Below, one piece after another: positions 37,248-50,941 of a stretch of 64,000 nucleotides of DNA. The DNA is taken from positions 97,161,741 through 97,225,740 of the forward strand of contig CM041465.1 of NCBI GenBank assembly GCA_023213395.1, written 5' to 3'. The translations under genes were made by a program, and so were the position numbers. The notes below the pieces were generated by a model. It was not told where the DNA came from, searched no databases, and saw nothing but the letters and a program-made list of their open reading frames with translations. This DNA comes from Cycas panzhihuaensis. Lineage: Eukaryota; Plantae; Cycadophyta. Position 1 is the first letter of the stretch, and each line of letters starts with the position of its first letter.

Positions 37248-40200
37248 TGTTGGATATAATGTTTTATCTAGAGACTCGCTTTGTATGTAACTTAAGACAC
37301 TCACCACTTGGACACGTGTCAGTTAGACATGTAGCGGTTATATTTAGTTCCAAAGGAGTTACAACTCCAACTTGTATAAATTTCCATTCAGTTGATCAAC
37401 AAGTATTGAACCATTCAGTTCTATTCATCTGTGTCTTAGAATTTTATCATGGTATCAGAGCAGGTCATCCTGTCTGATTGAGAGAGGGTTGTGCCAATGA
37501 TTCAAGTTGTGTCCAAGCAAGACAGAGGTAGAATGACTGTGTGAAAGACTGAAGAAGTTCAGAAGGCAAGAAGGAGGCAGTTGAAAGCTCAGTCCAGAGT
37601 CAAAACAAAGGAGAGAAGAATTTTGACTATGTACGGGCACAGTACGGAACCGTACAGACAAAAAATCAAAGTGCTTAGAATGAGCTGAAATTTGGCCAGA
37701 AGGTAGATCAGACCATCCTCATCATCTTTCTCTACTGGCACGAAGTCATCAGGAGCCGTTTTGAAGGGGTTTAACCCAGTTTTTAGAAGGGCGTGGGTCT
37801 TGAGACACAAGTACCCAAAATTCTCAGTTTTCTCTCGATTTTCTCTCTGAAAACGTTCATAAGATCTCTGTATACTCTATACGCCCCCATTGTGACTGAT
37901 TTTGACCGATTTAAATGAGTGATTTGATTGATATGAGCATTTTTCTCAAAAAAACCTAGCCGCCAAGATTGCTTTTCAAACTGTTTTTCTCCCAAACTAG
38001 GGACTGTCTTAGAAAAATAATTTCAGATCTGGAATCCTCTCGCCACCAGCTTTCTTTTGAGGTATAGTTTGCCTTCATCCGTACACCTTCCGTACCGCAC
38101 AAAAACTGCATCGTTGTACGACCTAGGACGTCGCAACTTGTTTTTGTGTCCATAATGTCTTCTTCTATCTTGGCTCTCTCGATTCGGACAAGCTCACCGA
38201 CAACAACTACCATATATGGAAAATCAAAATAGAAACCCTCCTGAGAGCCAAAATGCTTGGCAAATAGCTCTTGAAAAGGAAGACAAGCCTAAAAGCACCG
38301 GGGCGAGATCTAACAAAATTTGGGAAGAACAGGATAGTGCTGGAGTAATAGTGCTTAAGTTATCCATTTCTGACCCGCTACTTGTGTATGTGGAAAACTT
38401 AACCACTACTACTGAAATCTGGAAGTGCTTTGAGAAATTGTACGGTCAAAAGAATAAAGCTAGAATAGTGGCACTCAAGGAGGAATTATTCAAGATACAC
38501 ATGAAAGAAACTGAAACTGTGACTGAATTCATGCACAAAGTGATATCCTTACAGAATGATCTACTTAGCGCAGGATCTACAATTTCTGATTCTGAACTGG
38601 TTGAAAGCAGAGCAAGAAATTGCCTAAATCCTTCGATGTCACAATTAACACTATTACAAATAATGATCAGATAGCAACAATGACATTGGACACACTCACA
38701 GGACTACTCCTAAGGCAGGAACAAAGAAATAGAAGATATGAAGACTCTGCAGAACTTGAAGATGCCTTTGTATCCAGACTAAACCTGGGAACCAGAGGAA
38801 GAAGCAGAGGACGAGGAAGAGATCTAGAGTTCAGAGCCCAGTCCCGAGGAAGGTGGCAGGATTCGTGAGGAAGAGGACGATCTCGCCAAGACTGTACAAG
38901 CGTGGTAAGACCGGTCATTTTGCAAGTTCTGAGAGCATTTGACCTATGTTATCATTGTGGCCAAGCAGACACTTTCCATACCAATGCCCAACTAGGAGAG
39001 CCGACATTCGAGAAGGTAAAAGACCCATGGGCAATTACAAAGAAGGAACAAAATGAAGAAAAAGAGGAGGAGATCACATTCATCGTTGCTCTTGCCGCAT
39101 CTCTCCAAGATAAAGACGTGTGGTACATCGACTTAGGAGCATCGTGTCACATGACCAGCCGGGAGGAGTGGTTCGAAACCTTGCAGCCTTATGCCTCAGA
39201 CAAATCTGTGGAGCTAGGGGATAAATATCCCCTCAACATCAAGGGTGTAGGAACCATTGCTATAGAACTGCAAGGTAGCATCAAAAAAATTGGAAATGTG
39301 TTGTTAGTTCCTAACATAAAGATGAATCTTCTGTCTGTATCCCAACTTGGAAAAAAGGCTCTGAGAACTGTCTTTGATGAAAAAGGATATTGTTATATCC
39401 TTGACATGAAAAATAATGGCCATGTAATTGCAAAGGGGATAGAAAGTAATGACCTGTATAGGTTGATTTCATATTCTCACACTTTGTTGTAAAAGCATGC
39501 ATCTTTGTAAATCATAATGACAAAATGTGGCATTTCAAGTATGGACACCTTCCATTAGACAAATTTAAAAAAATGAAAAAGGAAGGTTTAGTTGATGGAC
39601 TCCCATCAATCACTTCAGATAATTTTGTATGTAAAAGTTGCCAATCGTGGAAGCAAAGATTGCCCTTCAAGGAAAGCAAATGGCGAGCCCAAAAGAAACT
39701 AGAACTTATTCACACTGATATATGTGGACCGCTCACTCCGCACTCCATCAACAGATGCATATACTTTCTCACCTTCATAGATGATATGACAAGGAAAATC
39801 TGGGTCTATTTTTTGCATAACAAGTCTGAAGTATATGCAACATTCAAAGAGTTCAAAGCAGAAGTTGAACTAGAGTCCGAAGAAAAAATCAAATGCATAC
39901 GATCAGATGGGGGAGGTGAATACATTTCAAAAGAATTCCTGGAATATTGCAATGTCAATGGAATTCGAAGACATATCACCACTCCCAATACACCTCAATC
40001 TAATGGGGTGGCAAAAAGGAAGAACAGAGTGATCATGGAAATGGCTTGTAGTATGGTGAAAGGAAAGGAGTCCCAAAGAATTATTGGGCAGAGGCAGTAA
40101 ACACTGCATGTTACTTACTGAATAGGAGCCCAACCAAAGTAGTAGAACATTTTACACCTGAAGAAGCCTGGACAGGAAAAAAACCAGATGTTAGCCATCT

Positions 40201-42423
40201 AAAGGTATTTGGCAGTCAAGCCTTTGTACATATACTAGACAAAAGAAGAACCAAGCTGGACTTGAAAAGCATAGAATGTATCATGATTGGATACAATAAG
40301 AACTCTAAAGCCTACAAGTGCATAGATCCCAAGACAAACAAGATCTATGCAAGCCGTGATGTTGTGTTCAACGAAGGTAGTGATGAAGAGCTTAGCAAGC
40401 AAATCCAAGTAATAGAGGGACATTCTCAAAACATTCTTCAAGAACAACCTGAAAAAGAACCTAAAGAACGATCCGAAATTACCTCTGAAGATCTTCCAGA
40501 AGAAACTCAGGAAAGTCACCCTACTTCGGAAGATGAGGAAACATTTCCAGATGAACCTAAGGCAGTTGAAACAGAAAAAGAAAAAGGCTTCCCAAATGGT
40601 ATCTCAAAACCATTGAGGAAAGAAAGGAAGACATCTTACCACATAGGACAAGAAGCCAAAAACCAAGGGCTCATGTGACCATCCGGAACCAAGTCATATC
40701 TGAAGCTAAAGAACACTCGGTTTGGAGAAATGCCATGAATTCGAATTAGACTCTATCATCAAGAATCAAACACAGGATTTAGTAGAATTACCACCAAATA
40801 AATCAGTGGTAAATTGCAGATGGATCTACAAAATAAAGGAAGGAGCAAATGGGAAAGTGGAAAAACATAAGGCTAGGTTAGTTGCTAAGGGATACACTCA
40901 AACAACTGGGGTAGACTATGATGAAACCTTCTCACCAGTAGCAAAACTCAGCACTGTGAGAACACTAATTGCTCTAGCAGCTTAAAAAAATTGGAATGTG
41001 TATCAATTAGATGTCAAAAGTGCATTTCTAAATGGAGAGATCAAGGAAGAAGTGTATATGGCCCAACCTGAAGGATACGTTAAGCAGGGTCAGGAACACT
41101 TGGTCTGCAAATTAAAGAAAGCCCTGTATGGTCTGAAGCAAACTCCTTGTGCTTGGTATGCCAAACTTGATGAATACCTATGTGAAAATGGGTTCAGCAG
41201 GTGCAACTCAAACTCAAGCTTATATGTAAAAGGTACAAACGAAGATGCCACAATTCTGGTTGTATATGTTGATGACACGATACTTACAGGTAATGATGTT
41301 GAATCTGTAAGTGACATAAAACATCAATTGGAGAGGAAGTTTGAAATGACCGACCTAGGTCTTCTCAACTATTACCTAGGGATCCAAGTAGAACAGCAGG
41401 ACACTGCATTCACCTTATGTCAGACCAAATACATCAAAGATTTGTTAGCAAAGTTCAGAATGGAAGAGTGCAATCCATGCAGTACACCCATGGAAGTCAA
41501 TTACAACATGATACCAGACGAAGAAGAACCTCACATCAATGTTACATTGTACAGGCAACTTGTTGGGAGTCTCATCTATCTGACAGTAACCAGACCAGAC
41601 ATTGCTTATTCTGTGGGATTAATATCTAGATACATGCATGAGCCAAGACAAAGACATTGGCAAGCAATAAAGAAGATACTAAGGTATCTGAAGGGAACAA
41701 CAGAACTAAAGTTGACATATCCAAAGGAGAATACAACTCAGTTAATCGGATACTGTGACTCAGATTGGGCAGGTGACAAGGAACAAAGAAAATCCACCAG
41801 CAGACATTGTTTCTTCCTTGGATCAGCTCCTATCTCCTAGAGCAGTAAGAAACAAGCCACTATGGCCCTATCATCCATAGAAGCAGAGTACAAGTTAGTT
41901 GTCAATGCCACCACAGAAGCAGTTTGGTTGAGGCAACTTCTTCAAGATCTAAATCTGTCTCAACAAGAAGCCACTATACTCCATTGTGACAATCAGAGTG
42001 CAATCAAGATTGCAAAGAACCCAGTACTGCATGCCAGAACAAAACACATTGAGGTGCATCAACACTTCATCCGAGAAAAGATTCAAAGTAAGGAAATCAA
42101 TCTTGTGTACTGCCCAACTTCAGATCAAGTGGCTGACATTCTGACCAAGCCTCTGGGCAAAGACAAATTTCAAATTCTCAGAGACAAAATAGGATTAACA
42201 GGATAAAACATTAAGAGAGGGTGTTGGATATAATGTTTTATCTAGAGACCCGCTTTGTATGTAACTTAAGACACTCACCACTTGGACACGTGTCAGTTAG
42301 ACATGTAGCAGTTATATTTAGTTCCAAAGGAGTTACAACTCCAACTTGTATAAATTTCCATTCAGTTGATCAATAAGTATTGAACCATTCGGTTCTATTC
42401 ATCTGTGTCTTAGAATTTTATCA
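37248..42423 (+). mobile_element. Full-length Ty1/copia element (copia-3), the youngest insertion, nested in the chromovirus
   Basis: 202-bp LTRs 37248-37449 and 42222-42423 with 4 mismatches, TSD ACATT on both sides, PBS TGGTATCAGAGC 37450-37461, PPT AAGAGAGGG 42213-42221. Confidence 0.98.
38155..42206 (+). pseudogene. copia-3 gag-pol (frameshifted)
   Basis: gag 38216-38868, zinc knuckles, protease WYIDLGASCHMT, integrase HTDICGP/IRSDGGGEY, RT QLDVKSAFLNG/YVDD, RNase H GYCDSDWAG...ADILTK. Confidence 0.96.
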
Positions 42424-45400
42424 ACATTGCCATTGAGTTGTCTGCATATTCTGGTAGGTGAGATCACCTTATTTGCGGGGACTGCATCCCATAGAGTTTA
42501 TGTGAACGACCTATATGGTCTTTAAATATGATAAATGGGGTTGTGGGTGAGTTGTTAGTGCTATAGGTTCTTAGTGTCTGGAGCCATTGTACACCAAGAA
42601 TTGCATCTGACCCACCTATGGACAAAGCATGAAAAACAAAGACTAGGGTCTAAAAGCCAATGTAAACAATGAGATTTTTAATAATCCTTGTGTAATAAAG
42701 GGTGTGATGACTAGGCAGCAAAAATGTGAAGTTTATTTTAGGTTCTATATAGAGATTAAGCTGTCTAGCGATGGATATATTGATGAAGTTTAACGACGTT
42801 CCACCGTTGATTAGAACGGTGATGGGGTTTTTCGAGCTGTTCCTTTAACATGTAGTGACTCAGGACATGAGGTGGAGGTAATAGTAGATAAAGAAACCTC
42901 AAGTGGTAGATCAAGTGACAGTTTAGTAGTGTGTTCTTGGTGGCCTTCTTTATGTTTGGGATCAAAATTGGGCCATCTCTTAGAGATAAGTCAAGGTCGA
43001 TTGTGAACACCATCTTCATGGCTTTGCAGACTCTACCATGACTGATGGTCCACTTTTCTGAGCATTACATACAGAGATCGACTTTTAGACGACATTTTGT
43101 CTCTATTGGAGTGATTTTGAATGGAGTTTGACGATGGTTCCTCTGAATGGTGCTTGACAAGTGTATATTGAGGGTCGTTTAGTCACCATCGTGATCATTG
43201 GTAGTCTGCTTGGCACGGTCTTTAAGACTAGGTGGTATCTTATTGATAGTCAGCTTATCATGATCTTTGAAATCGGGTGGAATCTTGTTTGAATGGAAAG
43301 GGGGGGGGGGGGTGCTTTCTAAGGTGAATTTAGTTTCAACTGCTTTGGCCATGTTGATTGCATCCTTTAGAGTATGTAAAGACACAGTCTTAAGGCGCAT
43401 TTGAATACACTCTTTGAGTTTAGACATATGTATCGATCTTTGTCTGCTTATTGAGTTGTTGATCAATTTGATTGCGTAAAGATTGAAACTCATTAGTGTA
43501 CACTTCAATATACGATACTTGTTTTAATTGTGTCAATTGTATGAATAAGGATTGGTTCTAAATATCCTCATATTGCTCAAAGAAGTTGGGAGAGAAATGG
43601 GTCCAAGATTGACTAGATGGGTATTCTTACTTCCACCATCGAAACCAATTGTACGCCTTTCCATCTAAATGGCTACATGCAAATTTAAGCTAATCATTGA
43701 TTGTCATTGGCTTGAGGGCAAAGTAGAACTCTAATTTACTGATCCAACTTCTCGTAGTATTCTTGTTGAGGTTGGGTTCAAACATAGGGATGTTGATCTT
43801 GTGGTGAAACGATTACTGTTGCCGTGGAGCCAGAGTTGTCATTTGCTGCAGAGTGGGGCCGACCAGAGTTGATGGGCTTAGTAGATTGGAGAAAGTGAGT
43901 GCTATCTGATCCGTTATCTTGGTCATATCTGACTTGGATACAAGAGTAGATAATTCTATTATAATGCTCTAGTGTATGATGGCTAGTTTGTCTTTAACCT
44001 TGTCTTGCATGGTGGCTAGTTCTTGTTTGACATTCTACTAGAAGGTGGTGACCTGATTCTCAAGTGTTGAAATTCTGTCATTTTGAGTAAGGGGCCATAA
44101 TATGTAGGAATGGTTTAAGGAAAGTAGCTACAACTAGAAGAAGGGAATTTATGAAATGGGATAAGTAAGACATAAGGATTATAAACAAATAGGAAAAGAA
44201 AGATAGAATAGGCCTCCAAAAAGTTAGAATGTATTTGCTAAGGGAAAGAGAAGGGAAATGGGGTAGGGGTGGGGTGTTTATAGCCTTTTGACCCCAAAAT
44301 TTACATAACAAAATGACCTAGTGCACTTGGATGAGTATGAAGAGCTTGTCAAACTAGGGTGGGCGAGTTTTAGTAGTGAAATTTTGGCGGCGGGGCCCAC
44401 CAATGACTCGAGTGTTGTAATACCCAATAAATTGACCTACTACAATTCGATCAGCTTGAAGTGCTGATCGAAATGGGATGCATGAAATTAAACTATAATT
44501 TTTTGGTTGTGAATTTTTTTCTAGTGATTGCAATGGTTTAGGTCATTTCAGATTTAGATAAGTATTGATGAAGTTATCGCCTTCTCTTTGTAGGGCTGGA
44601 GTGTCAGGGACAAATAAATAACAAATCAATAAATTGAGTTTCGCTGTGTAAATAAAACTTTCATATCAGATGACAACTACTAGATTTAGATGTTGGGATT
44701 GTTTGACTTTGCGGGCCCTGCCATAAACTTCTTTGTCGATTCAGTAGCTCGGCCCAATATCTTAGGGCACTACCTATAGAGAAAAGACTCTATGTAAGGT
44801 CTATAACCATGTAGAGGTGTTCATGCATACATAGTGGCTTTCGAGTGCTAACCACTTACCTGCATACTACAAAGGGAAAACAACCAAAGGGTTACCTGCT
44901 GTAAGCAAGGATGGGGAATCTTAGAAGGGATCTTCCTATATACCTGAGGGTACGTGGAGGATCACTTTCGTATGCGAGTTCGGTCTAAGGCTTAGTTCAA
45001 TAGAGTTAACCAAAGTCTTTCACATAAAGGCAGAAAAGTTGCAATGCACTTAGCCTAGAATGACAGATCATTCATGATATTTAGAAATCCCCATAACAGG
45101 GTCTTTACTTATGGCATATGGTTGGCACGTAGAGTTATCTACCCAAGAACTAAGGGAGGAGTGAGAGGGAATAGAAAGGGTAGCTGCCAAACAACAATGT
45201 TGTTTACCCTTTAGCAAAATTGAAATAATAGAAATAGAAATTGAAAAAATAGGTTATGAGAGTCATCAAGTGAGAAAAGAATTTCCCTTTCTTCTTTTTG
45301 TTTTTGGTTGCTCCACAGGTTTCTGAGCCTCAATTTGATACTACTCGGGATGTTTCTTTTCAAAGGCTCTCATCGAAATTGTAAAAAATAGAAGATTTGC

Positions 45401-47089
45401 AACCACTTTATCCAACTAAAAAGGGCAATAAATTACCAAAAAGGACTCAAGAGCACAAGAGCATCAATTAATTACCAAAAGAGAGTACCGTAGTACAATT
45501 CTTACAAAAAGAGAAATATTAAGTTAACTATCTTTTATAATCCACAACCCTTAAATAAACAAAAGAGGGTCTTTTCCAAGTAATTCTATTGGTGAAAGTT
45601 TTATAACTACCGTTATCACTTAACCATATGGTGTCTCTTCACACAGTAATGTTTTACATAACTAGAAAGATTAGTTATGTAACATTGGCTAACCAATCAC
45701 AAGTTAGACCTATGGACACCTTGTTGAATGTTCTAATGACTATTGTAAGAGTTATTATTCTATTGGATTTTGTAGTAGTTAGAATGCAAGGCCAAAAGAT
45801 GACCTACCTGACTTTGTTGGGAAGAGCTTGGCTGTTGGTAATAGAAGCCATTCAAGATTGAGAAAAATATACTTTTACACTCTCAGTTGGAAATAAGGCG
45901 GTTACTTTTCCCTCATGCTCAGATGGACAACAAATTGAAAAAATTGAAGATGAAGAAAAAGCCTTGTCTATTACAACCACAACATAATCGATAGTTAGAC
46001 CCTGCTCAAAAACAACATTTCAGATCCAATCAACCTTGTCAAGGAGTCCATCATCATCTTATATGTTGAACTGACTTCATAATGCATGGGGGAAAGCAAA
46101 ACCTACTCCATGTTATTGCTTAGAGAAATATGTAGAATCTTTAGAGGAGGAGAACATGGGAGGTGAAGCAATTAAATTGGAATTGCCACAAAATTTTCAA
46201 GAAGAAAGAGACCTGCAAATTATCCAAGAAAATATAGCCTTGAGTAAGAATTCCAATGAACTTCCTTAGTATTGCGGTTAGTTGGGGCAAGCAAAAAAGC
46301 ATTTGGATCAATGCATTAAAATAATAATAAATAAATGGCAAGAGAAATTTTGGTATCTTGTGTTTTTTTGTTCCTTAAAATGCCATGTATGTTTATGTAA
46401 AAGAATTTGATTTTTCGAAAGAGATAAGTAGAAACTTACTAAATAAATTTCATAATTATGAAATAGAACTGCCCCTATTTTGGAATGAAGATGATCCTCA
46501 TTTGTATGTGTGGAACTGTGTTCAAATATAGATCACTAATGAAATTCCAAAAAAGGAATGGGCATAGTATTGGGGATTGACTTTTAAAGGCATTCCGGTA
46601 ATCTGGTATAACTATTGTAAAAAGATAAAACTAATAGATTGGGATCTAATGGTAGATAGTTTTTATTAGACTTTTGTATACCATAATAAAAATGAAAAAA
46701 TTAAGGAAATTTTATAAATTTTCAAAGAAAAAACCATGAATAAGGAGAAAAATTACTTTCACATTAAATATGATAAGAAAGCAATTAAAGAAGATAATAC
46801 TCAACAACAACCACAATCATTTACTCCTAGCTATTCCATAGTGGAATATGGAAAGTGCATAATTGACAAGACTCCAACATATATAGTAAGTCCAAATGGA
46901 AAAATAGTCAAAGGAGAAAAGCTGAAATTGCAGGAGATTAATATTGGAATAAAAGAACAATCTTAGGTAATTAGTCTGAATGATTACTGGGATGTAGAAA
47001 TTGTGTAGCAAACCACTTCATTATTTTTGGAGTATAAAGATGTCTTTGCCTAATCTTATAAGGACTTAAAGGCATTCCATCTGAACTCG

Positions 47090-50000
47090 GTGAACATAAG
47101 ATAGAGCTAGTGGAAGGAGCTACGCTGATAAGACAATGCCCTTACCGCATGAATCCCAAGTATAAAGAAAAGGTAAAGGTTGAACTTGATAAGCTACTTG
47201 AGGTGGATTATATTTTTGAAGTAAAAAATGGTGAATGGGTGAGTCCAATTATTGTGGTTACAAAAATGAATGAAAAATTTAGAGTCTGTGTTGACTACAT
47301 AGCTCTAAACAAGGCAACCAAGAAAGACCCATTTCCTATTCTCTTTACTGAGAACATTTTAGAGAAACTTATAAGGCATGGGAATTACTCTTTCACGAAT
47401 GGCTTTAACGGATACAATCAAGTCCGAATTGCACCAAAGGACCAATTAAATATGACTTTTGTCATAGAATGAGGCACATATGCATTTAGAGTCATGCATT
47501 TTTGTCTGACCAATGCTCCTGCCATGTTTCAAATGATGATTCTCAACATCTTTAAGAAAACTATTGGAAAAATTATTGTGGTTTTTTTAGATGCTTTGAC
47601 ATTCTATATCCTACTTAAAAACCATCTTGGAAATTTTCATTCGATGCTAGATACATGTAGGAAAAACAATTTGTGCCTTAATCTTGCCAAATATACATTC
47701 ATGGTTCCCTTTGGATCTTTGTTAGGTCATGTAGTTACTAAGAATGGGTTATTGACTGATCCCAACAAAGTGGAAGTAATCCTAAATTTTCTAGTACCAT
47801 AAACACCCAAGCAAGCCAAATGATTCTTAGAAATGACATAATACTGTAGAAAGTTTATAAAAAATTATGCCTATATAGCCAATCTTTTAGAAACCTTGCT
47901 AAAAAAGAAGTCTATATGGCAATGGAAATTGCAATAACAACTTGCTTTTGATTTACTAAAGTAGAAAGTTGTTTAAGCACCGGTGTTAAGATTTCCTGAT
48001 TGGAAGAAACCTTTCCATGTGCATATTGATGCCTCTTTGTTTGCCATTGGATGTGTGCTAGCACAACTAGTAAACAATAATGTAGATATGCTTATATACT
48101 TTGCAAGTCAGAAATTGACAGAAGCATGGTAGAACTATTCAATTATAGAACAAGAAGGCTTGGGTATGGTTTATGTATTATAGAAATTTAGACACTATTC
48201 ATTAACTAATCCATTCATCTTTTTTGTTGATTATTAGGCCTTACAATATCTAGTTAATAAACCTAGTTTGCAGAGTAGAATCAATCGATGGATAATGCTA
48301 TTTCAGGAATTTAATTTTAAAATCATAGTGAAGAAGGAAAAAAATATACGATTTCAGACTTATTGTCAAGGGAAGTAGGAGAACCTACCACTAGGGTGCA
48401 TGGCGATATTCCTAATATGGAGCTATTTTCTATTGAGGCAGTACCAAAGCGGTACAAAGACATTGCATAATATCTCACTACAGGGCAAACACCATTAGGG
48501 ATGAAACATGTGGAGTGGTAGATCTTTATCCAGAAAGCTTTTCCATTCTAGTTAATTCAAGGGATGTTGTACAAGTTAGGACTAGATGGTGTATTAAGGA
48601 GATGCATAATAGAATATGAGGTGGAGGCAGTAATACGAGAAGTCCATGAAGTTGTGGTAACAAAACATCAATGTGCAGAACCAACTGCCAGGAAGATATT
48701 ATTGATAGGGCTATGGTGGCCCACATTGTTTAAGGCTATAGAAAAATTGGCTTGTAGTTGTGATGTATGCCAACAGATAGGTAAGCTAGGCAAGAACCAT
48801 TTCATGCCTTTACATCCTGTACTAGCACATGGTTCATTCGAGAAGTCGGAGCTAAATTTTGTTGGACCAATTAGTCGACTAGCTAGACAGACCAATGCAA
48901 GATACATATTAGTTGTTACAAATTTCTTAACTAAATGGATTGAAGCTATATCTATGAAGACATGTGATGGTTGAAGTACAACTAGATTTTTGTAGGAGAC
49001 TATCATTGTTCATTTTGCATACTCTTTGGAGATCATGCAAGATAAAGGGAGTAGTTTTTTGAACTAGACTATAAGGTACCTCACAAAAGAATTTGTGATC
49101 AAGTACCACAAATCTTCCCTATATTATTTGCAAGCAAACGAGCAAGTATAAAGCATAAATAAAATATTAAAACTAGCATTATCTAAGATCTATAGTGAAG
49201 AAATAACAAATTAGGTAGAACGACTGCATTTGGTATTGTAGGTAGATAGAACAATTGTAAAAAGACCACCTAAACAAACACCATTCAATTTAGTTTATAG
49301 GTTGGAGGTTGTACTTCTTTTAGAGTTTCAAACAAAAAACTTGAGAGTAATAGTTCAGTTGCGATTATTAGAAAAGGACTTAAGAGATTAATGGTTTGTG
49401 GAATTGATGAATGATAAGCAAAAGCCTCGTGGAAATTAAAAGCAGAAAATGAGAGGTATAAGGGATGGCATGATTGACATTTGAAAACATCTAAGTTCCT
49501 GTTGGATATTGTGACAACAATCATTTAAGGCTAAAATTTTGGCATGTTTTCGACGCTGTTTCTCTTCCTAATCTTTCTCGGGGGCTTCCAAGGGGGGCTG
49601 GGATCCCCCTTTGGTCAGGGGCTGCGGGGGGCGTGGAACGCCCCTTGCTAAGAGGGGGTTAGAGGGCAATAGGCCCCGACCCAAAAAATTAGCCCTATAA
49701 ACCATATTAAAATGTAAAGAGAATTAGGGTTGTTCGATACAAATACCCTAGATTCTACAGTTGAGATTCATGCCTTGGATGTCCCTCTCATGTAGCATGT
49801 TTTAGGGATTTCTTTATTATGTTGAATGTAATGTAATGTACTATGATGCGGGCAGCGGCTGATTGTTGTTCCTGAAAGTACTCTACTACTGAGATATATT
49901 ATTTCTCCATTCTGTAGCAATAAAGATCGATACCTTTCTTGTATGAATGTTTTCCTAGCACACTGCTAGGGTTTTACCATGTTATATCGAGTGCATATGT

Positions 50001-50340
50001 GATGTTTAGCTTATATATTGATGTTATTGTATTATCTCTGATTTTAGAACTTGCATGTTAAATCTTAGTTTTGATTCTTGTAACTAGTTACAAAATAGTT
50101 CAGATCTTGTGGCGGTTTAAAGTTTGGGACCTTGTATTCTCAACAGTTCCAAGAAGGAGATTTGGTACTTTTATATGATAACAAGTTTCACATAAAGCCA
50201 AGTAAAATAAAGTTGCAATGGTTGGATCTGTATAAAGTAAATCATATTCAACAAAATGGGGCAGTACAACTTTAATAGTTAAATGGAACATTGTTTACTA
50301 AAACAGTCAATAGAAGTCAATTAGAGTAGTACATAGTAAG
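47090..50340 (+). pseudogene. Athila-like pol (RT-RH-INT), interrupted by a solo LTR
   Basis: RT PYRMNP...WVSPIIVV...RVCVDY; RH FHVHIDAS; INT zinc finger H..CDVCQ; C-terminal FQEGDLVLLY. Confidence 0.9.
49500..50145. mobile_element. Solo LTR (646 bp)
   Basis: TGTTG...CAACA termini; perfect TSD GTTCC at 49495-49499 and 50146-50150; removal restores integrase HLKTSKFQEGDLV. Confidence 0.93.
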
Positions 50341-50532
50341 TAAGAAAAAAAATTAGACACAAACCATGGGAATAAGAGATCCCTTAATCATATGAAGTAT
50401 AGAAAATTATTATTACCATGAATTATTTTGTAGATCTTTTACGACCGAGTGTTTAAATATCAAATTAATAACTATAGTACAACCTTGACATAGATGGTTG
50501 CAACTTTGAATAAGAGTTGTAACTATAAGATT

Positions 50533-50752
50533 GTTGTAACCTTACATGGGGATGGTTACAATTCTGTACGAGGATAGTTGCAACCTTGCACAAGAATAGT
50601 TGCAACCTTGCGTGAGGATAATTGTAACCTTACATGAGGACAGTTGCAACCTTGTACTAGGATAGTTGCAGCCTTGCAGGAGGACAATTGCCACCTTACA
50701 TTAGGATAGTTGCAACCTTGCACAAGGATAGTCGCTACTTTGTATGAAGTTA
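50533..50752. repeat. 22-bp tandem array, consensus GTTGCAACCTTGCACAAGGATA, 10 in-phase copies plus degenerate flanking copies (~50475-50830)
   Basis: Units start at 50533, 50555, 50577 ... 50731. Confidence 0.93.
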
Positions 50753-50941
50753 GTATAATTCAAGACGAGATAGTTATAGCCTCGTATAAGGATGGCTGCA
50801 ACCATCATGGTAATTTGCAACTTTGGTTGCAATCATGAATGAAGTCAGTCACACTAATAATTACCTCCTAGGCAGTGATGATGACAATGACATAAACAAT
50901 GACAACAATGAGAACAGAGATGCAACTGTAATAAGGATATG

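Larger units (their letters stand above)
33915..45684 (-). mobile_element. Chromovirus Ty3/gypsy element (Reina-like), degenerate, inserted in the protease of the Athila-like element
   Basis: LTRs 33915-34332 and 45346-45684 (~89% over the aligned part, plus indels); TSD TTGTC/TTGGC, whose removal restores the host frame SIRLANQSQVRP; degenerate iMet PBS ~45332-45343; PPT ~34335-34345; gag-PR-RT-RH-INT plus chromodomain (YLI*W...DEAT*E at ~34405-34450). Confidence 0.9.

Noticed and set aside
50475-50830. CRISPR-like look of the palindromic 22-bp array
   Set aside because: Units are contiguous with only ~4-5 variable nt, there are no spacers or cas genes, and the context is a eukaryotic retroelement.
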